This document shows, one piece after another, positions 18,594-28,880 of a stretch of 64,000 nt of DNA. Both the position numbers and the translations under genes were made by a program. The notes under the pieces are model-generated. The model did not search any database. It was not told the DNA's origin and saw only the letters and a program-made list of their open reading frames with translations. Origin of the DNA: Acidimicrobiales bacterium (GTDB lineage Bacteria; Actinomycetota; Acidimicrobiia; Acidimicrobiales; Bog-793). The stretch covers positions 9,083-73,082 of the forward strand of contig DATKRV010000003.1 of the NCBI GenBank assembly GCA_035532075.1, read 5' to 3'. How positions within the stretch are numbered: the stretch's first letter is position 1; each line of letters begins with the position of its first letter.

Positions 18594-20015
18594 TTACCTT
18601 GTCTTTTCGGCGATCATGATTGAATGATCAAGTCGTGCGAGCACCCTTGCGCGTCCGAGTATCGCAAGCGACTCAAACAGCGGCAGGCCGACGGGAGAGC
18701 CCATCGTTGCAACTCGTATGGGCGCCTGTGTCTTTGCAAGCTTTCTATCAAATTGTTCGCCAATAGTGATCAAGATCTTCTTCAAGGATTCAGGATCGAA
18801 CGTTGCTTCCGAAAACGCCGATCGCGCCGCGCGCAGGATCTCCAGAGAACTCGAATCTTTGAGCATTGCCTTTTCAAATACGGCGGTATCAATGTCAAAA
18901 GGATCTGCAAACAGAAATTTGATGTAGTTCGGGATTTCGCCAAGAGTGGTAATCCGCTCTTGAATGAGCGGCGCGAGCGTTATGAACCGTTGCAGATCAA
19001 ATTTATCCTTGTTCCACGGAACGTCGTCACGCGAGACAAATGGCATCGCGCGTTCGACAAACTCATCGGTAGTGAGCGCACGGATATAGAGTCCGTTGAA
19101 GTGGTTGAGCCTCTTCTCGTCGAAAAATGCCGGTGATTTATTGACCTCTTCAAGTCTGAACTCCGAGATCATCTCTCCGATTGCGAGGAGCTCGCGGCCA
19201 TCATTTGGCGCCCATCCGAGTAAACAGAGATAGTTGATCATCGCCTCAGGGAGATATCCAAGATTCCGATAGTCCTCGACGGCAACCCGATCCCTCCGCT
19301 TTGAAAGCTTCTGCCGTTTTTCGTTGACGAGAACCGGGAGATGCGCAAATGCTGGCAATGGAGTGTCACTAAGGGCCTGCCAGATCAAGACTGCTTTGGG
19401 CGTCGTTGGAAGATGCTCCTCAGCGCGGATGATATGGGTTATTCCCATGTCGACATCATCCACCACAACGGCAAGCACATAAAGCGGATCGCCGTTGGAC
19501 TTGACGATGACAAAGTCCTCGATCGTTTCATTCGCAAAATCAACATCCCCGCGTACCAGATCATGCACCGTGGTTACTCCCAAATCGGGGACGCGAAAAC
19601 GCAACGCCTTTCCAGCTCCAGGTTCGAGATTCCGATCGCGACAGAAACCGTCATATCCCGGTGTCTGGCGGGTCTTGGTGCGTTCGTCTATTGCATCGCG
19701 GGGGCAGTCACAGGCGTAGGCGTGACCGTTGGCGACAAGCCGGGCTACGGCGTCGTTGTAGAGTTCGTGACGTTCAGATTGGTGGAAAAGTCCTTCATCC
19801 CATGTGATCCCGAGCCATGAAAGAGCATTGACGATCCCGTCGGTCCATTGGTCATCACTGCGTTCTCGGTCAGTGTCTTCAATGCGAAGCAGAAAGCTGC
19901 CGTTGGCCTGCCGGGCGACGAGCCAGTTGTAGAGCGCGGTTCTCGCACCGCCGACGTGAAAATACCCGGTTGGCGATGGCGCAAACCGTACGCGGACATT
20001 CGTCGTGGTCGTCAT
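18594..20015 (-). CDS. gltX: glutamate--tRNA ligase
   Basis: Contains RFAPSPTGYFHVGGARTALYNWL (HIGH region) and KLSKRR (KMSKS-like). The product is 473 aa. Confidence 0.95.
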   Translation of the reverse strand: MTTTTNVRVRFAPSPTGYFHVGGARTALYNWLVARQANGSFLLRIEDTDRERSDDQWTDGIVNALSWLGITWDEGLFHQSERHELYNDAVARLVANGHAYACDCPRDAIDERTKTRQTPGYDGFCRDRNLEPGAGKALRFRVPDLGVTTVHDLVRGDVDFANETIEDFVIVKSNGDPLYVLAVVVDDVDMGITHIIRAEEHLPTTPKAVLIWQALSDTPLPAFAHLPVLVNEKRQKLSKRRDRVAVEDYRNLGYLPEAMINYLCLLGWAPNDGRELLAIGEMISEFRLEEVNKSPAFFDEKRLNHFNGLYIRALTTDEFVERAMPFVSRDDVPWNKDKFDLQRFITLAPLIQERITTLGEIPNYIKFLFADPFDIDTAVFEKAMLKDSSSLEILRAARSAFSEATFDPESLKKILITIGEQFDRKLAKTQAPIRVATMGSPVGLPLFESLAILGRARVLARLDHSIMIAEKTR

Positions 20016-20121
20016 GAAGATTCTCTCTTGGATGTCGCGGTCGCGAGCAGTGGCGCAGGTGACATCTCGAACAATCTGGCCCTGTGAACAATCTGATCTT
20101 AGCGATCCCCGTTACAGACCA

Positions 20122-21471
20122 ATGTGCAGGTACGCTCATCGAGTGAACAAGTACCAACGGCGCCGAGGTGTCGCCGTTCTCGTCCTCCTTATGATGATTG
20201 CCGCTATTGGTTTTCGGTTCGTGTCGGTCAACAACGGTTCGACACTCAATTTTGCACAGATCGCGGCAAAGGCACAGCGGGCGAGACTCGCTGCGCTCGC
20301 CAAAAAAGAGTATTCGGTCATTGCCCGGGCAAAGCTGCTCGTCAATGTCGCGCTTCCGTCGCACGAGGGCGCGAGCGCTCCGGCGACTCCGGCAAAGCTC
20401 TTTGTCCGCCCGCTCATCCGACACCTCGTCGTTGGCTTTGTCCCCTACTGGACTGTGCCAACACTTGTCGCAGGCGGGCAGGCCTCAGTGGACATTACTG
20501 ACTCCACCGAACTTGTCTATTCGAGTGTCTGTGTGGGTAAAGCTGGGACGCTCATCACCTTGACGACTGACTGCGCGAATGGGATGGCCGGACTTGCCTC
20601 GCCAGCATTTGGCTCATTCATGCAACTCGCTCACATGAACGGTGTCCGGGTGCTGCTGAGCGTCCAAACGATTGATCCAGCCATCATCCACTCGCTCGGT
20701 ACTCATGCTGCAACCCTCGCACCAACACTCGAACAGAACCTCTCTGCTCTTGTCAGTACCTACGGCTTTGACGGTATCAACCTTGATATCGAGGGCAGGG
20801 GCCCGGCCAATCGCGTCGGATATGTGAATTTCGTGCGTGATTTCTCTCGTTCCTTGAAATCTGCGAACCCCTCGCTCGACCTGATGGTTGACACCTATCC
20901 GCAGTCGGCCGCAAGTTCGTCAGATTTCTATGATGTCGCGAGACTTTCGCACTACGTCGATCAATTCTTTGTCATGGCCTACGCAATGGAGAACGGGAAA
21001 CGCTCTTCGGCGAACAGCCCGCTCGGAAGTGCGACCCTTGGTTGGAGCGCTGCGCAGACGCTTGTGCAATATCGTGCGGTGGTTCCGGCGAACAAGATCA
21101 TCCTTGGTATGCCGTTCTATGGTCTGAACTTCGCAACGAAAACGAACTTGCCCGGATCGAAACTAGTCAGCGACGCTCCGAGTGCAAGGCTCTACAGCGC
21201 GGTGGTGGCGGCGGGACGACCGGCACTCTGGGATGTTGCCTCCGCGACGCCCTATAGCGTCTTTCGTGAGAGCGACGGTTGGCATCAGGACTGGTACGAC
21301 AACTCGGTCTCATTGGCGCTCAAGACCGCGCTTGCCCAGGTCTTTCACATCGCGGGAGTCGGTGTCTGGGCGATGTCCATGGAAGGGGGCGACCTGCAGA
21401 TGTTGAACGCGCTCACCGGGGAGAACACTCCACTAAAGCTGCCGCTCGCTACGTCGGTTTCGACCGGCTAG
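20122..21471 (+). CDS. glycoside hydrolase family 18 protein, membrane-anchored
   Basis: FDGINLDIEG matches the GH18 DxxDxDxE motif. There is an N-terminal anchor VAVLVLLMMIAAIGF. The start was moved to ATG 20122 because the ORF-track start overlaps gltX. Confidence 0.7.
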   Translation: MCRYAHRVNKYQRRRGVAVLVLLMMIAAIGFRFVSVNNGSTLNFAQIAAKAQRARLAALAKKEYSVIARAKLLVNVALPSHEGASAPATPAKLFVRPLIRHLVVGFVPYWTVPTLVAGGQASVDITDSTELVYSSVCVGKAGTLITLTTDCANGMAGLASPAFGSFMQLAHMNGVRVLLSVQTIDPAIIHSLGTHAATLAPTLEQNLSALVSTYGFDGINLDIEGRGPANRVGYVNFVRDFSRSLKSANPSLDLMVDTYPQSAASSSDFYDVARLSHYVDQFFVMAYAMENGKRSSANSPLGSATLGWSAAQTLVQYRAVVPANKIILGMPFYGLNFATKTNLPGSKLVSDAPSARLYSAVVAAGRPALWDVASATPYSVFRESDGWHQDWYDNSVSLALKTALAQVFHIAGVGVWAMSMEGGDLQMLNALTGENTPLKLPLATSVSTG

Positions 21472-21525
21472 AGCCATTGAGTCTATTTAAGAGATGGGCC
21501 GCGATCGAAACACGAGTGCGTCTAT

Positions 21526-21783
21526 TTAGGACTCCTTGGATTGACGCATGAGCCGTGATTTTCGTCGTGCAGCCTGGTTTGGATGAATGACACCCTTCGC
21601 GGCTGCCTTGTCGATCCTCCGGATGGCAGTCTTCAGTGTCTCGACGCTGTTCTCTGCTCCGACCTCGACCGCGCTGAGCGCATTCTTGGTACGGGTTCTG
21701 ATCTCGCTTCGCACGGCGCGGTTTCGCTCGCGGCGAACCTCGTTCTGTTTGATGCGCTTGATCTGACTCTTGATGTTTGCCAT
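21526..21783 (-). CDS. rpsT: 30S ribosomal protein S20
   Basis: The product reads MANIKSQIKRIKQNEVRRERNRAVRSEIRTRTKNA...AAAKGVIHPNQAARRKSRL. Confidence 0.9.
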   Translation of the reverse strand: MANIKSQIKRIKQNEVRRERNRAVRSEIRTRTKNALSAVEVGAENSVETLKTAIRRIDKAAAKGVIHPNQAARRKSRLMRQSKES

Positions 21784-21903
21784 GGAATCCCTCAAAAGAA
21801 CCGGTGAATGAAGGCTCCATGGTAGCAGGGGAGAGATGTCTCGCCTGCTAGGTCAGCGCCGTTGACCCAGTTTGAATCAAACGTTGTACAATTCAGTGGC
21901 ACG

Positions 21904-23700
21904 ATGGAGGACGTGATCGACCCCTCCCATATTCGAAATTTTTCGATCATCAGCCACGTAGATCACGGGAAATCGACGCTGTCTGACCGTGTCCTCGAGC
22001 TAACCGGAGCGGTCGATCCCCGCGATATGCGTGCGCAGTATCTCGATTCCATGGATATCGAACGCGAGCGGGGGATCACGATCAAGGCGCAGAACGTGCG
22101 CGTCAACTGGCGTGACTACACTCTTCATCTCATCGATACGCCCGGCCACGTTGACTTTGGATACGAGGTGAGCCGCTCTCTTGCCGCGTGCGAGGGTGTC
22201 GTTCTGCTCGTCGATGCCTCCCAGGGCATCGAGGCCCAGACGCTCGCGAACTGTTATCTCGCGCTTGAGAACGATCTTGAGATCGTCGCCGTGCTGAACA
22301 AGATCGACCTCCCTGCAGCAGACCCGGAGCGCTATGCCGAGGAGATCGAGACGGTGCTCGGCATCTCGAAAGAGAGCGTGTTGCAGATCTCGGCGAAGAC
22401 CGGAGAGGGTGTTCCCGAACTCCTCGACGAGATCGTCTCCCGTATCCCTGCCCCGCACGCCGATCGGAACCTTCCACTTCGCGCACTCATCTTTGATTCC
22501 TACTACGACCAGTTCCGCGGGGTGGTCAGCGCGATCCGTGTCGTCGACGGTGCAATAAAACAGGGCTCCAAGATCCGGTTCTCGCAGGCGGGAACCATTC
22601 ATGAAGTCGAGGACATCGGTATCCGCACCCCGGTCGAGCGCTCGATGGCCGAGCTCGGTCCGGGAGAGGTCGGCTACCTCGTTGCTGGCGTACGCAACGT
22701 CGGCGAGGCACGTGTCGGAGAGACCGTCACCGATGCACGCAGACCGGCGAATGAACCCCTGCCGGGTTATCGAGATCCCAAGCCGATGGTTTTTTGTGGG
22801 CTCTATCCGGTTGATGGCGATCAGTTCCCGGAATTGCGCGAGGCACTGGAACGGCTCCAGCTCAATGACGCGAGTATCTCGTTCTCCCCGGAGACCTCGC
22901 TCGCGCTCGGATTTGGTTTCCGCTGTGGCTTTCTCGGACTCTTGCACATGGAGATCGTACGTGAGCGCCTCGAGCGCGAGTTCAACCTTTCGATGATTGC
23001 GACGAGTCCCTCAGTTGCCTATGTCGCGTACCTGACGGACCGGACGTCGACGGTGATCGATAACCCCTCGGCGCTCCCCTCGCCACAACAGATCGATCAC
23101 ATCGAAGAGCCATTGCTCCGCATCACCATCGTCACGCCGGCAGAATACACGGGAACGATTCTCGATCTGTGCCAGAGCCGTCGCGGGATGCAGGAGAAGC
23201 TGCAGTATCTCTCGGCATCTCGCATCGAACTCGTCTACACGATTCCCCTCGCGGAGATTGTGATCGATTTTTTCGACCAGCTGAAAAGCCGCTCAAAGGG
23301 GTACGCGAGTCTCGACTATGAGCCCGCAGGTCTCGCAACAGCAGATCTGGTGCGCGTCGACATCTTGTTGAACAGCCAGCCGGTCGACGCATTCTCCTCG
23401 ATAGTCCACAAATCGAAGGCGGACGATTACGGCAAGAAGATGGCCGCAAAGCTGCGCGAGCTGATTCCAAGACAGCTGTTCGATGTTCCGATCCAGGCGG
23501 CGATCGGAGGCCGGATCATCGCACGCGAGACGGTCAAGGCCAAACGCAAGGATGTACTCGCAAAATGCTACGGCGGCGACATCACCCGGAAACGAAAGCT
23601 GCTCGAGAAACAGAAAGAGGGAAAGAAGCGGATGAAATCGATCGGTCGCGTCGAGATTCCCCAGGAGGCGTTCGTCTTGGCACTGCGTCTTGACGAATGA
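21904..23700 (+). CDS. lepA: translation elongation factor 4 (LepA)
   Basis: Contains [12 protein letters not shown] (G1), DTPGHVDF (G3), NKID (G4) and the C-terminal LepA tail ...[17 protein letters not shown]. Confidence 0.95.
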   Translation: MEDVIDPSHIRNFSIISHVDHGKSTLSDRVLELTGAVDPRDMRAQYLDSMDIERERGITIKAQNVRVNWRDYTLHLIDTPGHVDFGYEVSRSLAACEGVVLLVDASQGIEAQTLANCYLALENDLEIVAVLNKIDLPAADPERYAEEIETVLGISKESVLQISAKTGEGVPELLDEIVSRIPAPHADRNLPLRALIFDSYYDQFRGVVSAIRVVDGAIKQGSKIRFSQAGTIHEVEDIGIRTPVERSMAELGPGEVGYLVAGVRNVGEARVGETVTDARRPANEPLPGYRDPKPMVFCGLYPVDGDQFPELREALERLQLNDASISFSPETSLALGFGFRCGFLGLLHMEIVRERLEREFNLSMIATSPSVAYVAYLTDRTSTVIDNPSALPSPQQIDHIEEPLLRITIVTPAEYTGTILDLCQSRRGMQEKLQYLSASRIELVYTIPLAEIVIDFFDQLKSRSKGYASLDYEPAGLATADLVRVDILLNSQPVDAFSSIVHKSKADDYGKKMAAKLRELIPRQLFDVPIQAAIGGRIIARETVKAKRKDVLAKCYGGDITRKRKLLEKQKEGKKRMKSIGRVEIPQEAFVLALRLDE

Positions 23701-23713
23701 ATTGGGGAGTTTC

Positions 23714-24751
23714 ATGACAGTGCCTGATCAGAGTCTTGTGCGAAGGCTCGCGAATCGACCGACGCACTGGCTCAAATCGCGCATCGCGCGTAACGTCCAG
23801 GCGGCCGTTGGAGGGAGCGCGGAGGATCTTGTCGAATACGAGGAGCCGAGTGGAGACCCGGGTCTTCTCGGACCGGACTCACCGGCGTGGATCGTCCATG
23901 GAGATCTCGCCACGATGCTCTACGGTGGATTCGCCGCGCTCATGCTCCAGACGCTAAATCCGCGCGCCATGGCAGGAGTTGCCCAGCACTCGAACTACCG
24001 GAATGACCCGACGGGAAGACTGACCCGCACGGCGCGTTTTGTGGCGGGGACAACATTTGGCCCAACCCCCTTCGTGGAGCGACTCATCAGCGAGGTCCTC
24101 GCGGTGCATGGGCGCGTCAAGGGCACGACGAGCGACGGGATTCCCTATTCGGCAGCCGATCCCGATCTCGTCACCTGGGTGCACATCACCGAGGTGCGTC
24201 ACTTTCTCCGTTCATATCAGCGCTATGGCCCAAATCGCCTCAGCAGGGATCTCGAAGATCGATATTTTGACGACGTCTCCACCATTCCCATGCGCCTTGG
24301 GGCGACCTACGTCCCAAGGTCGGTCGATGAGGTCGAGAGATACTTTGCACAGATGAGAGGCGAGCTCCGGGTTACCTCTGAGGCGCTCGAAGCGGTGCAT
24401 TTTCTCGGCGCGACCTCGTTGCCGACCGGTCAGGGGTCGGTGATGACCTACGTCAACAACATCGCGCATCGTATCGTCGTCGGCGCGGCGATCGACCTCT
24501 TGCCAGATTATGCACGAGAACAGCTGGGACTCGATCGATGGCATCGTCTCAAGGTCATCCCGCGTCGTCTCGGAGCGGTGCTGTTTGGCAAGATCTTGCG
24601 TTGGGCGCTCGGTCCATCGCAGGTTGCGAAGGTCTCGCGTGAGCGGATCGAAAGGGGTGATCCGCGTCATGCCAGCTCAGCGGTTGACTCTGAAATGGGG
24701 ATGGGGCCAGTATCGGTTAAGCACTCACTAGAATCGAGTGCTAATGATTGA
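23714..24751 (+). CDS. MpaB/DUF2236-family oxygenase-like protein
   Basis: PAWIVHGDLATMLYGGFAALMLQTLNPRAMAGVAQHSNYRNDPTGRLTRTARFV is typical of DUF2236. Confidence 0.55.
   Translation: MTVPDQSLVRRLANRPTHWLKSRIARNVQAAVGGSAEDLVEYEEPSGDPGLLGPDSPAWIVHGDLATMLYGGFAALMLQTLNPRAMAGVAQHSNYRNDPTGRLTRTARFVAGTTFGPTPFVERLISEVLAVHGRVKGTTSDGIPYSAADPDLVTWVHITEVRHFLRSYQRYGPNRLSRDLEDRYFDDVSTIPMRLGATYVPRSVDEVERYFAQMRGELRVTSEALEAVHFLGATSLPTGQGSVMTYVNNIAHRIVVGAAIDLLPDYAREQLGLDRWHRLKVIPRRLGAVLFGKILRWALGPSQVAKVSRERIERGDPRHASSAVDSEMGMGPVSVKHSLESSAND
24684..24713 (+). promoter_or_regulatory. candidate sigma-70-type promoter of hrcA-dnaJ
   Basis: TTGACT (24684..24689), an 18-nt spacer, then CAGTAT (24708..24713). It sits directly upstream of the CIRCE element. 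Confidence 0.4.
24717..24744 (+). promoter_or_regulatory. CIRCE operator (HrcA binding site)
   Basis: The sequence is TTAAGCACTC-ACTAGAATC-GAGTGCTAA, against the consensus TTAGCACTC-N9-GAGTGCTAA. It lies 65 nt upstream of the hrcA ATG. Confidence 0.75.
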
Positions 24752-24808
24752 GGTATCGCTTGGGCAGCCGCCAAAGCGCGATGTGAGGTCGAGGTAGCCA
24801 AGAACCAG

Positions 24809-25816
24809 ATGCTTGACGCGAGAAAGTCAGCGATTCTTCGAAAGATCGTCTCCGAGCACATCGAGACCGGAGAGCCGGTCGGATCCCAGCATGTCGTCCG
24901 GGACCAGACCATCGATGTCTCGGCCGCGACCGTGCGCGCAGAGATGGTGACATTGGAACGCGACGGCTATCTCACGCATCCCCACACGAGTGCGGGGCGT
25001 GTCCCGACGGACCTTGGTTATCGATTCTTCGTCGACCATCTCGGCGAACGAGATGGACTTGACCCGCTCCGGGCCGAGCAGGTCTCGGAGTTCTTCACCA
25101 GGGCACATGGCGAACTCGATTCCATGCTGCGCGACACCTCGCGATTCCTCTCAACACTCACCGACTATGCAGCTCTCGTCGTCGGCCCTCCGCATGAGAC
25201 ACTGCTGGTCCGTTCGGCGCTTGTCACCCGCCTCGCCCCGTCAACCGCGATGGTCGTCGTCGTCCTCTCCAATGGTTTCGTCGACAAGCAGGTCTTCGAG
25301 ATCGATGTTTCGCTTCCAGATGACGATTTCGAGGCTGCCAATACGATCCTGCGCCGCCATTTCGCCGGTCAGACGCTCTCTGGCCTCTCGGCACCGCCGC
25401 CATCAAGCTCTACGGGCGTCGATGCGATCATCTCCTCGTGTGTGGCATCGTTCAACCAGGACCACACTCAGAGTCCAGAGCAGGGCGAGGTGTACATCGG
25501 TGGGGCGGCGAACATGGCGAATCAGTTCGCGACCGTCGATACAGTACGCCAGATCCTCGCCATCCTCGAGGAGTCCCTCGTTGTGGTGACGCTGCTCAGC
25601 GAGGTTGTCGCAAAGGGCAATACGGTCTCGATCGGCGCAGAGAACGAGGTCAAGTCGCTCGCCGAGTGTTCGTTGGTCGTCTCTCCATATCAGGTCGGCG
25701 AAGAGGTCGTCGGAACCATCGGGGTGCTCGGTCCGACCCGGATGAACTACTCCCAGGCCCTCGCGGCGGTTGCGGTCGTCAGTAAACGCCTCGGTCAACA
25801 GCTAGCCGGAGAATAA
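24809..25816 (+). CDS. hrcA: heat-inducible transcriptional repressor HrcA
   Basis: The N-terminal winged helix reads MLDARKSAILRKIVSEHIETGEPVGSQHVV. The product is 335 aa, with a CIRCE element upstream and dnaJ downstream. Confidence 0.9.
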   Translation: MLDARKSAILRKIVSEHIETGEPVGSQHVVRDQTIDVSAATVRAEMVTLERDGYLTHPHTSAGRVPTDLGYRFFVDHLGERDGLDPLRAEQVSEFFTRAHGELDSMLRDTSRFLSTLTDYAALVVGPPHETLLVRSALVTRLAPSTAMVVVVLSNGFVDKQVFEIDVSLPDDDFEAANTILRRHFAGQTLSGLSAPPPSSSTGVDAIISSCVASFNQDHTQSPEQGEVYIGGAANMANQFATVDTVRQILAILEESLVVVTLLSEVVAKGNTVSIGAENEVKSLAECSLVVSPYQVGEEVVGTIGVLGPTRMNYSQALAAVAVVSKRLGQQLAGE

Positions 25817-25820
25817 CGCA

Positions 25821-26924
25821 ATGGCAACCGATTACTACCAGCTACTTGGCGTCTCGAAGAGCGCGACAGATGACGAGATCAAGCGTGCCTATCGACAGCT
25901 CGCCCGAAAGCTTCATCCCGATGTGAACGGCGGCAGTGCTGAAGACGAGGCGAAGTTCAAGGAGGTCTCGGTCGCGTACGAGACACTGAGCGATCCCGAG
26001 CGTCGACGTCGTTATGACATGTTCGGGGCCGATGGTCCGCGTGTGGGCGGCCCCTCGGAGGGATTCGGCGGGGGATTCGGCGACCTTTTCGACGCCTTCT
26101 TTGGAGGCGGTGGGTTTGGCGGCACACAGCACCAGAGCGGCCCCCGGCGTGGAGACGACGTCGAGGTCGTGCTCGACATCGCCTTCGAAGAGGCGGTCTT
26201 TGGCATCGAGCGCTCCGTCTCCTATCGCGGTCCGGTGGCCTGTAAGACGTGCGCGGCGACCGGCGCAGAACCCGGTACGACACCGACACGTTGTCGCGAC
26301 TGTGACGGTCAGGGACAGGTGCGCCGGGTCCGCCAGTCGATACTCGGACAGGTCGTTACGACCTCGCCGTGTGCGATCTGTCGCGGGCTGGGCGAGATCA
26401 TTGAAAAGCCCTGCCAGGACTGTCGTGGTGAGGGACGAAGAACCGAGGAACGCAACGTCACGGTCGAGGTTCCCGCTGGCGTCGACGCGGGAACGACGCT
26501 CCGAATCACGGGATCTGGTGCGGCCCCGCCGCGCGGAGGTATTGCCGGGGACCTCTATGTGCATCTGCGCGTGCTGCCGAGTGACCGCTATGCACGCGAC
26601 GGAGCGGATCTTTTGATGACGCTCAATGTTGCGCTCACCCAGGCGGCCCTGGGGGCCGCGATGATGGTCGATACCCTCGATGGTGAGGAGAGGATCGAGA
26701 TCGCTCCTGGGACCCAGACGGGCAAGACCATCCGGCTGCGCGGCAAGGGAGTGCCACATCTGCGCTCGAGGGGACGTGGAGATCTCCATATCCGAATCGT
26801 GGTCGACACTCCGACGAATCTCAACAAGGAACAGGAACAGCTGCTTCGCGAACTCGCCCTTCTGCGGGAAGAGCCGATTCAAGAGAGCGGGCTCTTTACC
26901 CGCATCAAATCCACCTTCTCCTGA
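25821..26924 (+). CDS. dnaJ: molecular chaperone DnaJ
   Basis: It has a J domain with an HPD motif (KLHPDVN) and a G/F-rich linker. It has four CxxCxG repeats (CKTCAATG, CRDCDGQG, CAICRGLG, CQDCRGEG). Confidence 0.95.
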   Translation: MATDYYQLLGVSKSATDDEIKRAYRQLARKLHPDVNGGSAEDEAKFKEVSVAYETLSDPERRRRYDMFGADGPRVGGPSEGFGGGFGDLFDAFFGGGGFGGTQHQSGPRRGDDVEVVLDIAFEEAVFGIERSVSYRGPVACKTCAATGAEPGTTPTRCRDCDGQGQVRRVRQSILGQVVTTSPCAICRGLGEIIEKPCQDCRGEGRRTEERNVTVEVPAGVDAGTTLRITGSGAAPPRGGIAGDLYVHLRVLPSDRYARDGADLLMTLNVALTQAALGAAMMVDTLDGEERIEIAPGTQTGKTIRLRGKGVPHLRSRGRGDLHIRIVVDTPTNLNKEQEQLLRELALLREEPIQESGLFTRIKSTFS

Positions 26925-27703
26925 TGGGTGTCGTCGGCGGCGACGGGGCCATACCGGATGCAGAGCTCCGAAACGCCGAGGCGCTCTTTTTCGTCGAGGA
27001 CCTTGAACATCCGGTGATGCGCGACGAGGACACGCACCATCTCGTCGATGTCTTGCGACCAAGGGTTGGCCAGTATTTCGCGCTCTCTGATGGGAGGGGA
27101 TCGTGGCGAAAGGCGTTGATCGTCTCGTTGCCAAAGACCCCGCGTCGCTCGCGTGAGATTGGTAGAACTGGGGAGGAACTGGTCTTTGAAACCGGCCCGA
27201 TGAACTTTAGTCATGTTGGCACGGGGGTTGAGTTGATCGTCGCCTTCGCGATGCCAAAGGGTGAACGTCTTGATCTCATCGTGCAAAAACTCACTGAACT
27301 CGGTATCGATCAGATCGTTCCGCTTGTCACCAGGCGCACCGTGGTGCGTCTTGGTGAAAAAGACCGGGCGCGCCGCAAGGAGCGACTTGTCCGCGTTGCG
27401 AGAGAGGCATGTTCTCAGTCGCGACGTCTCAATCTCCCGCTAGTCACCGAGCCCGAGACGCTCGAACAGTTTCTCAAGCATGCGCCGCAACACACCGTGT
27501 TCGCCGAGCCAGGAGGAGCGCCTCTCGACGCGACGGTCTGTTGCGTCATCATCGGCCCAGAGGGAGGCTTTGACCCAGGCGAGGTGCCCAAGAGCGCGCG
27601 ACGCCTTGGGCTTGGACCGAACGTCCTTCGTGTCGAGACAGCGGCGATCAGCGTAGCGACGCTGATGAGCGCGATGCGTTCAGGTGTCATCGGGGCCTGT
27701 TGA
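26924..27703 (+). CDS. rsmE: 16S rRNA (uracil1498-N3)-methyltransferase RsmE
   Basis: Contains IVQKLTELGIDQIVPL and IIGPEGGFDPGEV...LGPNVLRVETAAI (SPOUT knot region). Its ATG overlaps the dnaJ stop (TGATG). Confidence 0.8.
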   Translation: MGVVGGDGAIPDAELRNAEALFFVEDLEHPVMRDEDTHHLVDVLRPRVGQYFALSDGRGSWRKALIVSLPKTPRRSREIGRTGEELVFETGPMNFSHVGTGVELIVAFAMPKGERLDLIVQKLTELGIDQIVPLVTRRTVVRLGEKDRARRKERLVRVAREACSQSRRLNLPLVTEPETLEQFLKHAPQHTVFAEPGGAPLDATVCCVIIGPEGGFDPGEVPKSARRLGLGPNVLRVETAAISVATLMSAMRSGVIGAC

Positions 27704-27704
27704 G

Positions 27705-28847
27705 ATGGATCTCGTCGAAGGACTACCCCGTGAGTTTGCCGAGATCGCACATGGCTTTGGTCTGTATGTCCATATTCCCTTCTGTTCCACGCGCTGTGAC
27801 TACTGCGCGTTTGCAACATGGACGGGTCGCGAGGAACTGGTCGAGCGATATGTCGATGCGCTCTGTCTTGAGATCGATCGGGCGAAAGAGCGTGGCCGAT
27901 GGCGGTCTCCGGACACCGTGTTCTTTGGTGGAGGGACGCCGTCGTTGCTGAGCGTCGAGCAGGTCGCTCGAGTGCTCGATCGCGTCGTGCCCGGCGCGTC
28001 AACCGAGATCTCCCTTGAGTGCAATCCGGAATCGACCGACGCGGACTTTCTCGCCGGGATCGCAGGGCTTGGAGTGAATCGCATCTCGCTTGGAGTGCAA
28101 TCGACTAAGCCCCACGTGCTCAAGGGTCTCGGCAGGACCTACCAGGAGGGATCGATATCACGGGTGCTCGATGCTATTGCGCGTGCAGAGATCTCCAACT
28201 ACAACGTCGATCTCGTCTTCGGGGGCGCGGGTGAGAGCGCCGAGGACTTTGCCGAGGGGCTTCTCGAGGTGTTGGATTTCTCGCCAAGTCCAGCCCACAT
28301 CAGCGCCTACGCACTCACCGTCGAGTCCGGGACGCCACTCTCGCGTTCGCCAGATCGCCATCCCGATGACGATGTGTTGGCCGAACGCTATGAATCTGCG
28401 GAGGCGATCCTTGGCGCACACGGGTTTCACTGGTATGAGATCTCGAACTGGGCGAAACCCGGAGCCGAGTGTCGACACAATCTCTCCTGCTGGCTCGGTG
28501 GTGATTACCTCGGAATCGGCTGTGCTGCGCACAGCCATCTTTCGGGTGAACGGAGCGCAAACGTCTTCTCGGTCGACCGCTATGTTGAGGCGATTTTCTC
28601 CTCGGGCGAGGCTATCGCACGGAGCGAATTTCTTGATTCATCAGGTCGCGCCGCGGAGCTCGCTGCGTTGTTGTTGCGGACCAGACTTGGCGTTCCGCGG
28701 GGACTGGTCGACGAGAGCCTCGTTGACGATGGCCTGATGGAGCGCGATGGAGAGCGAGCGACGTTGACCGTACGCGGCCGTCTGCTTGCGAACGAAGTCG
28801 CCATTCGGCTCCTCTCTCGCCCGGAGCAGCCGTCGTTCGCATCCTGA
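27705..28847 (+). CDS. hemW: radical SAM heme chaperone HemW (HemN-like, oxygen-independent coproporphyrinogen oxidase family)
   Basis: GLYVHIPFCSTRCDYCAF contains the CxxxCxxC motif. GGGTPS is also present. The start was chosen at the ATG just after the rsmE stop. Confidence 0.85.
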   Translation: MDLVEGLPREFAEIAHGFGLYVHIPFCSTRCDYCAFATWTGREELVERYVDALCLEIDRAKERGRWRSPDTVFFGGGTPSLLSVEQVARVLDRVVPGASTEISLECNPESTDADFLAGIAGLGVNRISLGVQSTKPHVLKGLGRTYQEGSISRVLDAIARAEISNYNVDLVFGGAGESAEDFAEGLLEVLDFSPSPAHISAYALTVESGTPLSRSPDRHPDDDVLAERYESAEAILGAHGFHWYEISNWAKPGAECRHNLSCWLGGDYLGIGCAAHSHLSGERSANVFSVDRYVEAIFSSGEAIARSEFLDSSGRAAELAALLLRTRLGVPRGLVDESLVDDGLMERDGERATLTVRGRLLANEVAIRLLSRPEQPSFAS

Positions 28848-28880
28848 ACTCCTCGCGCGACGGACGTGGGAGAACTTGTC

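Noticed and set aside
22000-22947. A 315-aa ORF antisense to lepA
   Set aside because: Same reasoning: lepA on the plus strand has its G1-G4 motifs, and the antisense frame has no recognisable features.
25842-27134. A 430-aa ORF antisense to dnaJ/rsmE
   Set aside because: It lies entirely opposite two genes with unmistakable motifs. It is Arg/Pro/Ala-rich, as expected for chance antisense frames in high-GC DNA.
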